Position numbers and translations under genes: made by a program. From contig CP070742.1 in assembly GCA_020348065.1 (NCBI GenBank), positions 624,053-688,052 on the forward strand: 64,000 nt of DNA. Reading direction: 5' to 3'. This document shows, piece by piece, positions 19,899 to 29,420 of the stretch (its first letter is position 1; the number at the start of each line of letters is the position of its first letter). The stretch is from Candidatus Zixiibacteriota bacterium (GTDB taxonomy: Bacteria > Zixibacteria > MSB-5A5 > UBA10806). The notes below the pieces were generated by a model, which worked only from the letters and a program-made list of their open reading frames with translations, had not been told where the DNA came from and did not search any database.

Positions 19899-20627
19899 AT
19901 GAGGACGATGACATTTAAAGTATTCCGGTATGATCCCGATGACGGACGCGATCCGCATTTTCAAACATTTGCGGTTGAGACGGTCAAGGGAATGACGCTC
20001 TTGGAGGCCCTCTACTGGATTATGGAAAATAAAGATCCTTCCTTCGCTTTCAGGTCGAGTTGCCGCGAGGCCAACTGTGGCTCCTGCGCCATGCATATTA
20101 ACGGTTCCTACGGTCTTGCCTGCAGGACTCAGGTCGAAAATCTGAAACCTCCCATTACCATTCGTCCCCTCGCGCATCTTCAGGTTCTGAAAGACCTGGT
20201 GGTCGATATGAAGCCGTTCTTCGATAACTTCAAGGCCATCAAACCGTACCTGATTCCCGGTGAAGATCCGCCGGAAAAAGAATACTACCAGTCGGTGGAG
20301 GACAGAAAGAAGATCGATCATCATGTCGATTGTATAATGTGCGGCTCCTGCTACGGTTCTTGCCCGGTTGCCTACGGCGATCCGAAATACTTAGGGCCGC
20401 ACGCGCTTTTGAAGGCGCTGAGATTTGTCGACGATTCCCGTGACGGCGCCGCTGACGAACGTCTGGCCATGGTAGCCTCGGAGTTCGGCGTTTTCAGATG
20501 CCATACCATTTTCAACTGCCAGCTGGTTTGCCCCAAGGATCTCAATCCCACCGGTGCCATCAGTAAACTGAAAAACAAGATAGTGGTGAAGAAATTCCCC
20601 TTCATGAAGATATTCGTAAAGACCTAA
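19899..20627 (+). CDS. sdhB: succinate dehydrogenase/fumarate reductase iron-sulfur subunit
   Basis: [2Fe-2S] CREANCGSCA, [4Fe-4S]/[3Fe-4S] CIMCGSCYGSCP and CHTIFNCQLVCP; in-frame ATG ~19899 immediately after the sdhA stop. Confidence 0.9.
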   Translation: MRTMTFKVFRYDPDDGRDPHFQTFAVETVKGMTLLEALYWIMENKDPSFAFRSSCREANCGSCAMHINGSYGLACRTQVENLKPPITIRPLAHLQVLKDLVVDMKPFFDNFKAIKPYLIPGEDPPEKEYYQSVEDRKKIDHHVDCIMCGSCYGSCPVAYGDPKYLGPHALLKALRFVDDSRDGAADERLAMVASEFGVFRCHTIFNCQLVCPKDLNPTGAISKLKNKIVVKKFPFMKIFVKT

Positions 20628-20647
20628 AATCGGATAAAACTATTCTC

Positions 20648-20680
20648 GCAGGGGCGGATTGAATCCGCCCCTTTTTTTGT
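20648..20680 (+). terminator. Rho-independent terminator of the sdh operon
   Basis: ggggcggattgaatccgcccc hairpin followed by TTTTTTT. Confidence 0.75.
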
Positions 20681-20689
20681 GCGTTTCTT

Positions 20690-21035
20690 TTGTAGGTCGG
20701 CGTTCCGAATCCCGACTAACAGTCGGGATGAGGAACCCGACGCCCGGACTATCGCCTTACCTGGTAGATGTAGGTCGGCGTTCCGCAGGAACCCGACGCC
20801 CCGGTTGCCAAGCGGCGCTTGGCAACCAGCGTTTTTTGCAGACTAACATTTTTCACCTGCGAGTCACTGCTTGCAGTGGCCGCACCCCGCGCCGTAAGGA
20901 ACCCCTTCCTTACGGAGGGTGCATGCTTTTTCCGATGAAATCGGAATAAGCATGAATGATCTGGCCGTTGGGGGATAAACCCCCAACCTACGACTTGCAG
21001 GTTGTCGGCGCCCCACCCAACGGGTGGGCGAAGCC
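20690..21035. repeat. cluster A of mosaic palindromic repeat units (REP/MITE-like), non-coding
   Basis: Series of hairpin-forming units (cccgactaacagtcggg; ttgccaagcggcgcttggcaa; cactgcttgcagtg; ccgtaaggaaccccttccttacgg; ccgatgaaatcgg; gttgggggataaacccccaac; ccacccaacgggtggg). Each is shared with region 54296-54905 in inverted orientation. Confidence 0.65.
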
Positions 21036-21150
21036 ATTTCCATCCTGAAACAAGCCATCATTTTCCTGAAACCATCATAACCGGCGCCACGTTCCGGGTG
21101 ACGATATAATATTTAGAAATGCGCGCTTAAAACGGCAGGTTTACATAATA

Positions 21151-22803
21151 TTGAAAAAAATTGTCTCCAGATTGCTTAATGGCCTTGCGAAGTATGGCTG
21201 GCCCATAACCATGGCGATCCTGGCCGCCTTCGCCCTCGGTTTTACCTGGTCGTCGTCGGATAAACTTTACAGCAACATCCGGCTTTTCGACCGTATAGCC
21301 CTGATGGTTTCCGAAAACTATGTCGAGGAGATTGACGAAGAAAAGATGATTAAAGTCGGCATCGACGCCATGCTTTCTAAACTCGACAACTACACCAAAT
21401 TCCTCAGGGACGCCGACTACGTGCGGCTGAGGCAGGAAACCGAGAGCCAATTCGAGGGTATCGGGGTGAGCATGGAGTTTCACCGGGATACGTTGACCAT
21501 TGTCTCGATCCTGGAGGGCGCTCCCGGTCATCGGATGGGCCTTAAATCGGGCGACCGCGTCTTGAAAATTGATTCGACGTCGACGATAGGCCTGGACTCG
21601 AAACAGGTCAGGATGCTGATGTGGGGGCCCTCGGGGTCCCGGATCGACCTGTTAATCTGTAGGCCGGAGGGCAAAGAACGCCTGGTTACCATGACCAGGG
21701 AGGACGTTGAAATTCAATCGATTCCTTATTATTCCATGATTTCCGATAATATAGGGTATATCAGGGTCACCCGCTTTTCCGAAAATTGTCTCAAGGATAT
21801 AAAAGCCGCTGTAAAGGACTTGAAGAAGCAGGGCATGAATTCTCTCGTTCTCGATCTTCGCGGTAACCCGGGCGGGCTGTTGTTGGAGGCCATAGAGATC
21901 GCCGGCCTGTTTCTACCCGAAGATTCGAAGGTGGTGGAAACCCGGGGGCGAAGCTCGACCCTGATAAGCTCTTATCAGGTCAATGGAAATTCTATCTTCT
22001 TTAAAGGAGATCTGGTTCTGATCGTGAATGATCAGACTGCCAGCGCTGCCGAAATACTGGCGGGAGCGATTCAGGATTATGACCGGGGGATTATAATCGG
22101 GACCGAAACCTACGGAAAGGGGCTGGTTCAACAGGTGCTGCAATTTTCAGATAATTCAGCCCTGAAAATAACCACCTCCAAATATTATCTGCCATCAGGA
22201 AGATGCCTGCAAAAACCGGATTGGTCCACTTTCGAATTACTCGCCACCGAGCTTAAAAATCCCCCTGATACCTTCTACTATACCGACTCCGGCCGGCCTG
22301 TTTACGGCGGGGGCGGCATTATGCCCGATATATACGTGGAAAACTCCCGGGAATCCGGTTATGTGACCGCGCTGAAACAGGAGGCCTGCTTTTTCGATTT
22401 CGCCATCGAATATCTCAGAACTCGAAAAATCCCCCCCGATTTCAGAGTCGACGATCATGTGATTTCGGAGTTTAGGAAGTTTGTGGCGGACAGGGGATTC
22501 GCGTTTCTGGACGAGGATCGGATCGCTTTTAACGAATTCAGAGAAAAGATCTCCTTTCTCGATGAAGAGACCAGAGAAGCCCTCCGGATCCTCGAAAACA
22601 GGCTAAGCTCTGATGAGACATGGCAGTTTGAAAATCACTATTCCGAAATCATGGCGATATTAAATGAGGAGATTATACTGCGATCTCGGGGCGAAAAAGC
22701 CCTTTATGAGAAAATCTGGCTAAAAGATCATGCCGAGATAGAGGAGGCCAGGGAAATTCTCACTGATTCGAAAAGATATCTTTCCATTTTGGCTTCCCGC
22801 TGA
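21151..22803 (+). CDS. ctpA: carboxyl-terminal processing protease (peptidase S41, PDZ domain)
   Basis: PDZ region plus S41 catalytic block (GNPGGLL, ...K... Ser/Lys dyad context); N-terminal membrane anchor; TTG start. Confidence 0.85.
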   Translation: MKKIVSRLLNGLAKYGWPITMAILAAFALGFTWSSSDKLYSNIRLFDRIALMVSENYVEEIDEEKMIKVGIDAMLSKLDNYTKFLRDADYVRLRQETESQFEGIGVSMEFHRDTLTIVSILEGAPGHRMGLKSGDRVLKIDSTSTIGLDSKQVRMLMWGPSGSRIDLLICRPEGKERLVTMTREDVEIQSIPYYSMISDNIGYIRVTRFSENCLKDIKAAVKDLKKQGMNSLVLDLRGNPGGLLLEAIEIAGLFLPEDSKVVETRGRSSTLISSYQVNGNSIFFKGDLVLIVNDQTASAAEILAGAIQDYDRGIIIGTETYGKGLVQQVLQFSDNSALKITTSKYYLPSGRCLQKPDWSTFELLATELKNPPDTFYYTDSGRPVYGGGGIMPDIYVENSRESGYVTALKQEACFFDFAIEYLRTRKIPPDFRVDDHVISEFRKFVADRGFAFLDEDRIAFNEFREKISFLDEETREALRILENRLSSDETWQFENHYSEIMAILNEEIILRSRGEKALYEKIWLKDHAEIEEAREILTDSKRYLSILASR

Positions 22804-22841
22804 TTCTTGCCTTTTTCGATTTATAATTATAAATTCCGCGC

Positions 22842-23591
22842 GTGGAACTGTTTTATCTGGTGATTACGGGTATTCTGGCAGGATTCGTGGGCTCGCTTTT
22901 TGGCCTCGGCGGGGGAATAATAATAGTACCCGCTCTTACCCTGATATTTAATGTTCCGGTTACGGTTGCCGTGGGAACATCGCTGGTCAGCATAGTGGCC
23001 GTTTCCACTGTCGCCGCCATAGATTTTCTCAAATCCGGCCGCGCCGACCTCGAGCTGGGTATAACGCTTGCGGCGGCGACATCATCGGGAGCGGCAACCG
23101 GAGGTTTGCTGGCGGAGTATTTACCCGCCAGAATTATATATATATTCTTTTCTGTAATTTTAATAATCGCCGCATTGAACATGACACGCCCCAGGCGGAT
23201 AATGCTTATAGATCACAAATACGATTCCGCGTCCCATACCGCCGTCGGTTGGGGACTGTCCCTTGTGGCCGGGAATGTTTCCGGGATTTTGGGCGTGGGG
23301 GGAGGAATCATTCAGATTCCCATGATGCGAACCGTTATGAAGGTGCCTTTTAAAATCGCCACCGCCACCTCGAGCTACATGATCGGTATTACCGTGGCTC
23401 CAGCTGCCGCTATCTACATGCTGAGAGGAGATATCGATCCCTATAAATCGGCCGCCATAATTCTGGGCGCCTTCGCCGGAAGCAGGGCGGGAGCCGCCAT
23501 GTCATATAAAATAACCTCGCTTCTTTTGCGCCTCTTATTTGTGATAATAATGATTTTTACGGCATACAAAATGTTTGTCAGAGGATTGTAA
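22842..23591 (+). CDS. TauE/SafE-family (DUF81) anion exporter, membrane protein
   Basis: Two internally repeated 4-TM halves with GxGGG motifs (GLGGGIIIVPAL, GVGGGIIQIPMM). Confidence 0.75.
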   Translation: MELFYLVITGILAGFVGSLFGLGGGIIIVPALTLIFNVPVTVAVGTSLVSIVAVSTVAAIDFLKSGRADLELGITLAAATSSGAATGGLLAEYLPARIIYIFFSVILIIAALNMTRPRRIMLIDHKYDSASHTAVGWGLSLVAGNVSGILGVGGGIIQIPMMRTVMKVPFKIATATSSYMIGITVAPAAAIYMLRGDIDPYKSAAIILGAFAGSRAGAAMSYKITSLLLRLLFVIIMIFTAYKMFVRGL

Positions 23592-23593
23592 TA

Positions 23594-23875
23594 TTGAAAG
23601 ATAATAACACGTTAAGCCTGCGCATCGCTCAAATCTTGAGAATATTGGAATATTCGGCCTTAACCTTAATACTGCTTTCTCTTGGACTGTACCTTTTTAA
23701 TATTGATAAAGCGCTTATAGGGGCGAAAGCGGGGATCGGGCTGATAGTCTTCGCCCCCGTTACCGGCATTTTGGCTACCGCCGTCATTTTTTTTCTAAAT
23801 AGAAGTTACAAGTATATGACGCTGTCTTTATTCATCCTGCTGATTTTCATTATAGCGGTTGTGGTAAGTATATGA
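23594..23875 (+). CDS. small hypothetical membrane protein (93 aa, 3 predicted TM)
   Basis: TTG start right after the TauE stop; its stop overlaps the next ATG (ATGA), suggesting translational coupling; no homology recognised. Confidence 0.4.
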   Translation: MKDNNTLSLRIAQILRILEYSALTLILLSLGLYLFNIDKALIGAKAGIGLIVFAPVTGILATAVIFFLNRSYKYMTLSLFILLIFIIAVVVSI

Positions 23876-25047
23876 GAAAAGATTATATCGTATTCGTAGA
23901 TTTTGACGGCACCATAACCGCCAAAGATGTTGGCTACGAAATGTTTAGAAAATTCACCGATGCCAAAACCCAGCCCGTCGTCGATCGCTACCGACTGGGA
24001 AAAGTGAATTCATATACCTGCCTGAAAACCGAATGTGAAATCTGGAACCGGTTTCCCCCTGAAGAAAAAGACGTATTAGAATATCTGAAAAAACAGGGTA
24101 TTACCGACGGATTCGCTGATTTTACGGAAATTCTAAGAAATGACCATGTTAAAATGTATATCGTCTCCGAAGGCTTCGATTTCTACATTGAAGCGATTTT
24201 AAACTCCAATGGATTTTCAAAGCTGGATAGAATAACCAATAAGGCCGTCTATAAAAATGGGGAGATACTTCCTGATTTTCCATTCCTGGGTCAGGGCTGC
24301 GGAGAATGCTCGAACTGTAAGGGGTTTCATATAAAGAAGTTGACCGACCCGAAAAGTTCCGCGATATTTATCGGCGACGGTCACTCGGATTTTCACGGAG
24401 CCGGGGCGGCGGATATCGTTTTCGCTAAATCGTTCCTGAAAAAAGACCTGGAAAAAACCGGGCGCAACTACTTTGAATATGGCGATTTTTATGATATAAT
24501 AGAAATATGGAGAGAAATATCCTCCCGAAAGCTGTTCGCCTTTTCCGAACGCCTGTTCTTTTGCAGGATTTCCGGGAATAGGCGCAATGACTTTGAAAAT
24601 TTGTGGGAAACCGGGGAGGTGATGAAAAACGTCGGCTATCCACAGGGATTGGGTTGGAGCAATCAGCGGTATGATAAATTCTGGGAAACACTGGATAGAA
24701 AAAGCTTCGTCCTCTTCGCCGTCGAGGATAAAAACGGTAGGTTTATGGGAGAAGCTAAACTATCTTTTCCGGATGAAGATAATTCCTGCAGTCACGACGT
24801 GAAGCTTCTGCCGGAATATCAGGGCAAGGGCTATGGCAGGGAAGCCTGGGGTCTTTTAATGGAACTTTCCCGTAGGCGCTGGCCGGACTCGATAATGTCA
24901 GTTACTCCGTCCGTCGAAAACGCGGTCGCCATAGAGCTTTACAAATCCCTGGGATTTGAGTTTGACGGCGAACAGCGCGAGTGGATTCCATCGTCCGAAT
25001 CGCCCGCCGCTGTACCCGTTCGATATAGGAGAATGATAAAATTTTAA
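23872..25047 (+). CDS. fusion protein: MtnX-like HAD-IB phosphatase (N) + GNAT N-acetyltransferase (C)
   Basis: N-half: FVDFDGTIT (HAD motif I), Cys cluster GQGCGECSNCKG, IGDGHSD (motif IV), YGDFYDIIEIWREI, all resembling the 2-hydroxy-3-keto-5-methylthiopentenyl-1-phosphate phosphatase family. C-half: GNAT motif A YQGKGYGREAWGLLMEL. Confidence 0.7.
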   Translation: MRKDYIVFVDFDGTITAKDVGYEMFRKFTDAKTQPVVDRYRLGKVNSYTCLKTECEIWNRFPPEEKDVLEYLKKQGITDGFADFTEILRNDHVKMYIVSEGFDFYIEAILNSNGFSKLDRITNKAVYKNGEILPDFPFLGQGCGECSNCKGFHIKKLTDPKSSAIFIGDGHSDFHGAGAADIVFAKSFLKKDLEKTGRNYFEYGDFYDIIEIWREISSRKLFAFSERLFFCRISGNRRNDFENLWETGEVMKNVGYPQGLGWSNQRYDKFWETLDRKSFVLFAVEDKNGRFMGEAKLSFPDEDNSCSHDVKLLPEYQGKGYGREAWGLLMELSRRRWPDSIMSVTPSVENAVAIELYKSLGFEFDGEQREWIPSSESPAAVPVRYRRMIKF

Positions 25048-25057
25048 GAGGTAAGAA

Positions 25058-27556
25058 ATGAAAGCTGTAATAATGGCTGGCGGTTTTGGTACCAGGTTAA
25101 GACCGCTGACATCCAACCTGCCGAAACCGATGGTTCCGCTCGTCGGTCGACCCGTCATGGAGCATATCGTAATGTTATTAAGAAAACACGGGATTACCGA
25201 TATCCTGGCTATTTTATATTTTCAATCAGACCAAATAAAATCATTCTTCGGAAGCGGCAAAAAATGGGGAGTTAAATTCAATTATGTCACCGCCGAGGCC
25301 GATTTCGGCACCGCCGGATCGGTTAAAAACGCGGAGGATTTCCTTGATGAAAGGTTCGTAATAATATCGGGTGATGTCGTTACCGATTTCGATATCTCTC
25401 AGGCAATTGAATATCACGAGCGGAAAAAAGCAGAGGCCACAATAGTCTTAACCAGGGTGGAAGATCCGGTTTCATACGGCATAGTGATTACGTCAAAAAG
25501 CGGCAAGATTACTAGGTTTCTCGAAAAACCGAGCTGGGGCAAGGTCTTTTCGGATACCGTCAATACCGGCATATATATTATCGAGCCCGGCGTTTTGGAA
25601 ATGATACCGCCGAAAACCGATTTTGATTTCTCCAAAAACCTGTTTCCGCACATGCTGTCAAAGAAAAGGAAATTGTATGGGTACGTTGCTGCGGGTTATT
25701 GGAAAGATATCGGACATATAGAGGAGTATTACCTGGCGCATCAAGACGTTCTGGAAGGCAAAGTAGCTATCGATATACCCGGGAGAAAGACCGGATCAAA
25801 TGGAAATACGCTGTATCTGGGGAACGACACCATGGTTTCGCATTCTGCCGATTTTTCCGGAAATGTCGTTATCGGGGATAACGTTAAAATCGGACCTCGA
25901 GCCAAGATATATAACAGCGTTATAGGTTCCGACTCCGTGATCGGCCGGGACGTAAACATTAACAGGATTGTAGGCTGGGATAAAATTTCAATCGGTCCTC
26001 AGGCCAGGATCTCCGAAGCGATTCTATGCAGCGAAAGTTATGCGGGAGAGGAAGCAATAATCGATGAGGAATCCATTTTGTCGGAGGGGGCTCGAGTAGG
26101 TGACAGGGCTCATATTAAACGCAATGTCAAGATCTGGCCTTATAAGGAGGTGGAAGCCGGCGCAACCCTGTCATCAAGCCTGATATGGGGTGAACGGTGG
26201 AATCGGGAACTGTTTTCCGACGCTAAAATTTCGGGTATCGGTAATGCCGAGATTACGCCGGAGTTCGCTACAAAGGTGGGAGCGGCTTATGGCGCTATGA
26301 TAGGCCCCGGCAGCTCTGTCGCTATCTGCCGCGGAGCCTCCAACGCCTCGCGCATGATATACCGGGCGGTTATAAGCGGTTTGCTTTCCGCAGGAGTGAA
26401 TATCGCCGATTTACAGGCCGCGCCCATTCCTGTCTTAAGACAGGTCCTGAAAAGCGGACGGTATTCCGGCGGGATAAATGTCAGGATGAGTCCCCGCGGA
26501 AATAATGAGATGGAAATAATATTTTTCGATTTTGACGGACACGACCTTCCGTCGTCAAAAACCAAGAGTATCGAAAGATTATTTTTCAGAGAGGATTTCC
26601 GTCGCGCGCCGATTGACGAGGTCGGAAGCATCGAATATCCTCAAAGAGTATACGAATCTTACAGGGAATCTTTCCTTTCCCATATCGACAATGAAATTTT
26701 CAGGAATTCGTCCCTGAAAGTCGTCATAGATTATGGTTTCGGAGGAGCCTCCGAAATTCTTCCGAGGATTTTGGGGACCCTGGGTATCGATTCTGTGGCC
26801 TTAAATTCCTTCATCGATCCCAGACAGGCATTTTACTTCGTCCACCGCCAGGATGATGCCATAAAGCAACTGAGCTCCATTGTAAAATCGCTCAAAGCCA
26901 ATATCGGGATCTTATTGAATTCCGCCTCGGAGAAAATCAGGGTGGTGAACGAAAGGGGCGAGGCGGTAAGCAATCAAAGCCTGCTAATGATAGTTGCCAG
27001 ACTTTACTGCAACGCCTTCAGGCCCAAAAAAATCGCCGTTCCCATTACAGGATCGGCGGCCATAAACCAGATCGCCTCCAATTACCGGGCGAAATTGATC
27101 TGGATTCCCAGCGATCATCAGGCCATGATGGACGCGGCAGCGTCAAACGCTAAGATATTCGTTGGGGGAACCAAGGGGGGATTTATATTCCCCGGATTCC
27201 AACTCGGGGTCGATGCCATGTTTTCGGTGATTAAAATCCTCGAACTTCTGATAAAAAGTGAGACCGATATCGGCAAGGTTAGCGGGCCTTGGGATCAGCT
27301 TTATATGTCCGGTAAGGAGGTGGCGTGCTCCTGGAGTCTGAAAGGGCAGGTCATGCGCAATCTCATGGAATATTCCGAAAATAAAAAAAGGCTCTTGATT
27401 GACGGGGTGAGGCTGATTGAGGACGATTACTGGATTCTATTGAGGCCTGATCGTAAAAAGGCGCTTTTTCATATCCTGGCCGAATCCAGATCTCCGGAAA
27501 AATCGAAAGAATTGGTCAAGGAATACAGCGGCCTGATAAAAAAATGGCAGAAATAA
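25058..27556 (+). CDS. bifunctional sugar-1-phosphate nucleotidyltransferase (NTP_transferase + left-handed beta-helix) / phosphohexomutase (PGM-PMM fold)
   Basis: N-terminus MKAVIMAGGFGTRLRPLT (glycosyl-1-P nucleotidyltransferase signature), central hexapeptide repeats, C-terminal alpha-D-phosphohexomutase domains. Confidence 0.8.
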   Translation: MKAVIMAGGFGTRLRPLTSNLPKPMVPLVGRPVMEHIVMLLRKHGITDILAILYFQSDQIKSFFGSGKKWGVKFNYVTAEADFGTAGSVKNAEDFLDERFVIISGDVVTDFDISQAIEYHERKKAEATIVLTRVEDPVSYGIVITSKSGKITRFLEKPSWGKVFSDTVNTGIYIIEPGVLEMIPPKTDFDFSKNLFPHMLSKKRKLYGYVAAGYWKDIGHIEEYYLAHQDVLEGKVAIDIPGRKTGSNGNTLYLGNDTMVSHSADFSGNVVIGDNVKIGPRAKIYNSVIGSDSVIGRDVNINRIVGWDKISIGPQARISEAILCSESYAGEEAIIDEESILSEGARVGDRAHIKRNVKIWPYKEVEAGATLSSSLIWGERWNRELFSDAKISGIGNAEITPEFATKVGAAYGAMIGPGSSVAICRGASNASRMIYRAVISGLLSAGVNIADLQAAPIPVLRQVLKSGRYSGGINVRMSPRGNNEMEIIFFDFDGHDLPSSKTKSIERLFFREDFRRAPIDEVGSIEYPQRVYESYRESFLSHIDNEIFRNSSLKVVIDYGFGGASEILPRILGTLGIDSVALNSFIDPRQAFYFVHRQDDAIKQLSSIVKSLKANIGILLNSASEKIRVVNERGEAVSNQSLLMIVARLYCNAFRPKKIAVPITGSAAINQIASNYRAKLIWIPSDHQAMMDAAASNAKIFVGGTKGGFIFPGFQLGVDAMFSVIKILELLIKSETDIGKVSGPWDQLYMSGKEVACSWSLKGQVMRNLMEYSENKKRLLIDGVRLIEDDYWILLRPDRKKALFHILAESRSPEKSKELVKEYSGLIKKWQK

Positions 27557-27604
27557 TGGAACCCGAACGATTATTCAGAATACAAAGGTCTATGAATATT
27601 TCGC

Positions 27605-27632
27605 TTGACCTTCCCCGGCGAAAAAGTATATT
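27605..27632 (+). promoter_or_regulatory. sigma70-like promoter (TTGACC-16-TATATT) upstream of the polysaccharide locus
   Basis: Good -35/-10 pair in the 169-nt gap preceding wza, followed by AAGGAGG and AGGAGG RBS-like motifs. Confidence 0.4.
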
Positions 27633-27725
27633 TGACTCCCAATTATAAGGAGGTACGCCGGTCTAAAAGTTAAAGTGTTGTGAGTTTAGGAGGATAATTT
27701 AAGACATTGCGGGTGCTCCTTATTT

Positions 27726-29420
27726 ATGGAAATCATTAAATTCAACAACTTAGATTTTATATCCGGGCGGGCGAAAAAGGCTGTCTTTATTGCCATGGCC
27801 GTAATTATTATGAATTCTCCGGGGTATGCCCAAAAAGAACAGATAAGGTCTTACGATCTGGAGAACCTACAAAAACAGCAGCCAATCACGACCGCGACCA
27901 TACCGGCGTCAGAAAAGGTGTTGCTGGATAAGAAAATAGACCCGAAAACCTATATGCTGGGTCCGGGAGATGTCCTGTCGGTATTTACCTGGGGAAATTA
28001 TCAGGGGCAACATACTCTAACCGTATCGCCTGAAGGTATGCTGTTGATTCCAGAAGTTGGTCCCATCGAGGTTTCCGGATATACGTTGGATAAAGCGGCG
28101 GATATCATCTCCTCAAACATACTGGAAAGATATCGTAACGTGGAGACCGCGGTTTCGCTGGTAAATTTGAGAGTCTTCAAAGTTTATATTGGCGGCGCTG
28201 TTATGATTCCCGGTGCATATGCCGCCACGCCGGTTACGAGGGTATCGGAGATAATTGAAACGTCCGGCGGATTTTTGGGGGCGGAGGAAGGCATAAACTA
28301 CAGGTCCGACTATAGAGGCCTGAGATCAGAAAATAAAATAGCCTCTAAAAGAAACGTAATTGTTTTCCGGGAAAATGGTGACAGGTTAAAAGCTGATATT
28401 CTGAGATTTGAAGTAACCGGACAGACGAAATACAATCCCGAGCTTGGCAACGGGGACAAAATATTCGTGCCCCTGCAGGAGTTGGGAATTAACCTCTACG
28501 GGATTTTCGGGGCTGTAAAAAATCCCGGATATTGTGAATATTCGGAAAGGGACTCTCTGGCCGATCTGATCGAGTTGGCCCACGGACTCGCGTTAAACGC
28601 CGATTCTCATAATGTTGAAATTGTCAGGTTTCATTCGGATAACAGGTCGACCTATAATATCAACGTAGATCTTACCTCCGGTAACTGGAATATCGAATTG
28701 CGGCGTGATGACAGGATTTTCGTTAAAGAGATTCAGAATTTTCATGAGAAATATCAGATTCGGCTGGTAGGGGAATTTGAATTTCCGGGATATTATGCCA
28801 TTGCGCAGGATTCCACCTGGCTTTCGGATATCGTAAAAAAGGCGGGCGGGTTCACCGACTTGGCGTCGTTGCAGGAAGCCGAAATGTTCAGGGTTTCGGC
28901 GGAGGAAATAGTTGATCCTGAATTCGAGCGGCTGAAAAATATGGAAGTTGCCGACATGTCTGAAAGCGAATACGAATATTTTAAAATAAAATCGAGATCC
29001 AGGCCGGGAAGAGTCTCGGTTGATTTTCTGGGATTGTTTATAGAAGAAGATACGACCAAAGACTTCATTTTGAGGGACGGCGATGTCATTCGCGTACCGC
29101 GCAAGAGCAAAGTGGTCAATGTCATAGGTGAGGTATCCAATCCCGGTATACTGTCGTATGTCTCCGGAATGGATTATAGATTTTATATTAACCGCGTCGG
29201 AGGATTTTCCGACAGAGCCGACAGGGGAGGTGTTTCGATAATCGATGGTATTACCGGCGAATGGCAAAAAGCCAAAAAGGGGAAAGTCGTCAGGGCCGGG
29301 GATACCATATGGATTTCGGAAAAGAAAAAGCGCGATTACTGGGGATTTATCAAAGACACCCTGGTTTTTGTCGGTAATTTAGCCACCGTTTATCTTGTCA
29401 TTCAGCAGGCGACCAAATGA
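27726..29420 (+). CDS. wza: polysaccharide export outer-membrane protein (Wza/KpsD family, Poly_export + SLBB domains)
   Basis: Signal-peptide-like region (AVFIAMAVIIMNSPGYAQ), Poly_export motif YMLGPGDVLSVFTWGN, repeated SLBB-like segments. Confidence 0.8.
   Translation: MEIIKFNNLDFISGRAKKAVFIAMAVIIMNSPGYAQKEQIRSYDLENLQKQQPITTATIPASEKVLLDKKIDPKTYMLGPGDVLSVFTWGNYQGQHTLTVSPEGMLLIPEVGPIEVSGYTLDKAADIISSNILERYRNVETAVSLVNLRVFKVYIGGAVMIPGAYAATPVTRVSEIIETSGGFLGAEEGINYRSDYRGLRSENKIASKRNVIVFRENGDRLKADILRFEVTGQTKYNPELGNGDKIFVPLQELGINLYGIFGAVKNPGYCEYSERDSLADLIELAHGLALNADSHNVEIVRFHSDNRSTYNINVDLTSGNWNIELRRDDRIFVKEIQNFHEKYQIRLVGEFEFPGYYAIAQDSTWLSDIVKKAGGFTDLASLQEAEMFRVSAEEIVDPEFERLKNMEVADMSESEYEYFKIKSRSRPGRVSVDFLGLFIEEDTTKDFILRDGDVIRVPRKSKVVNVIGEVSNPGILSYVSGMDYRFYINRVGGFSDRADRGGVSIIDGITGEWQKAKKGKVVRAGDTIWISEKKKRDYWGFIKDTLVFVGNLATVYLVIQQATK

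Noticed and set aside
20690-21035. CRISPR array in the repeat-rich intergenic regions (also 54296-54905)
   Set aside because: The repeats are heterogeneous palindromic modules, not a single direct repeat alternating with unique spacers of regular length, and there are no cas genes in the window.
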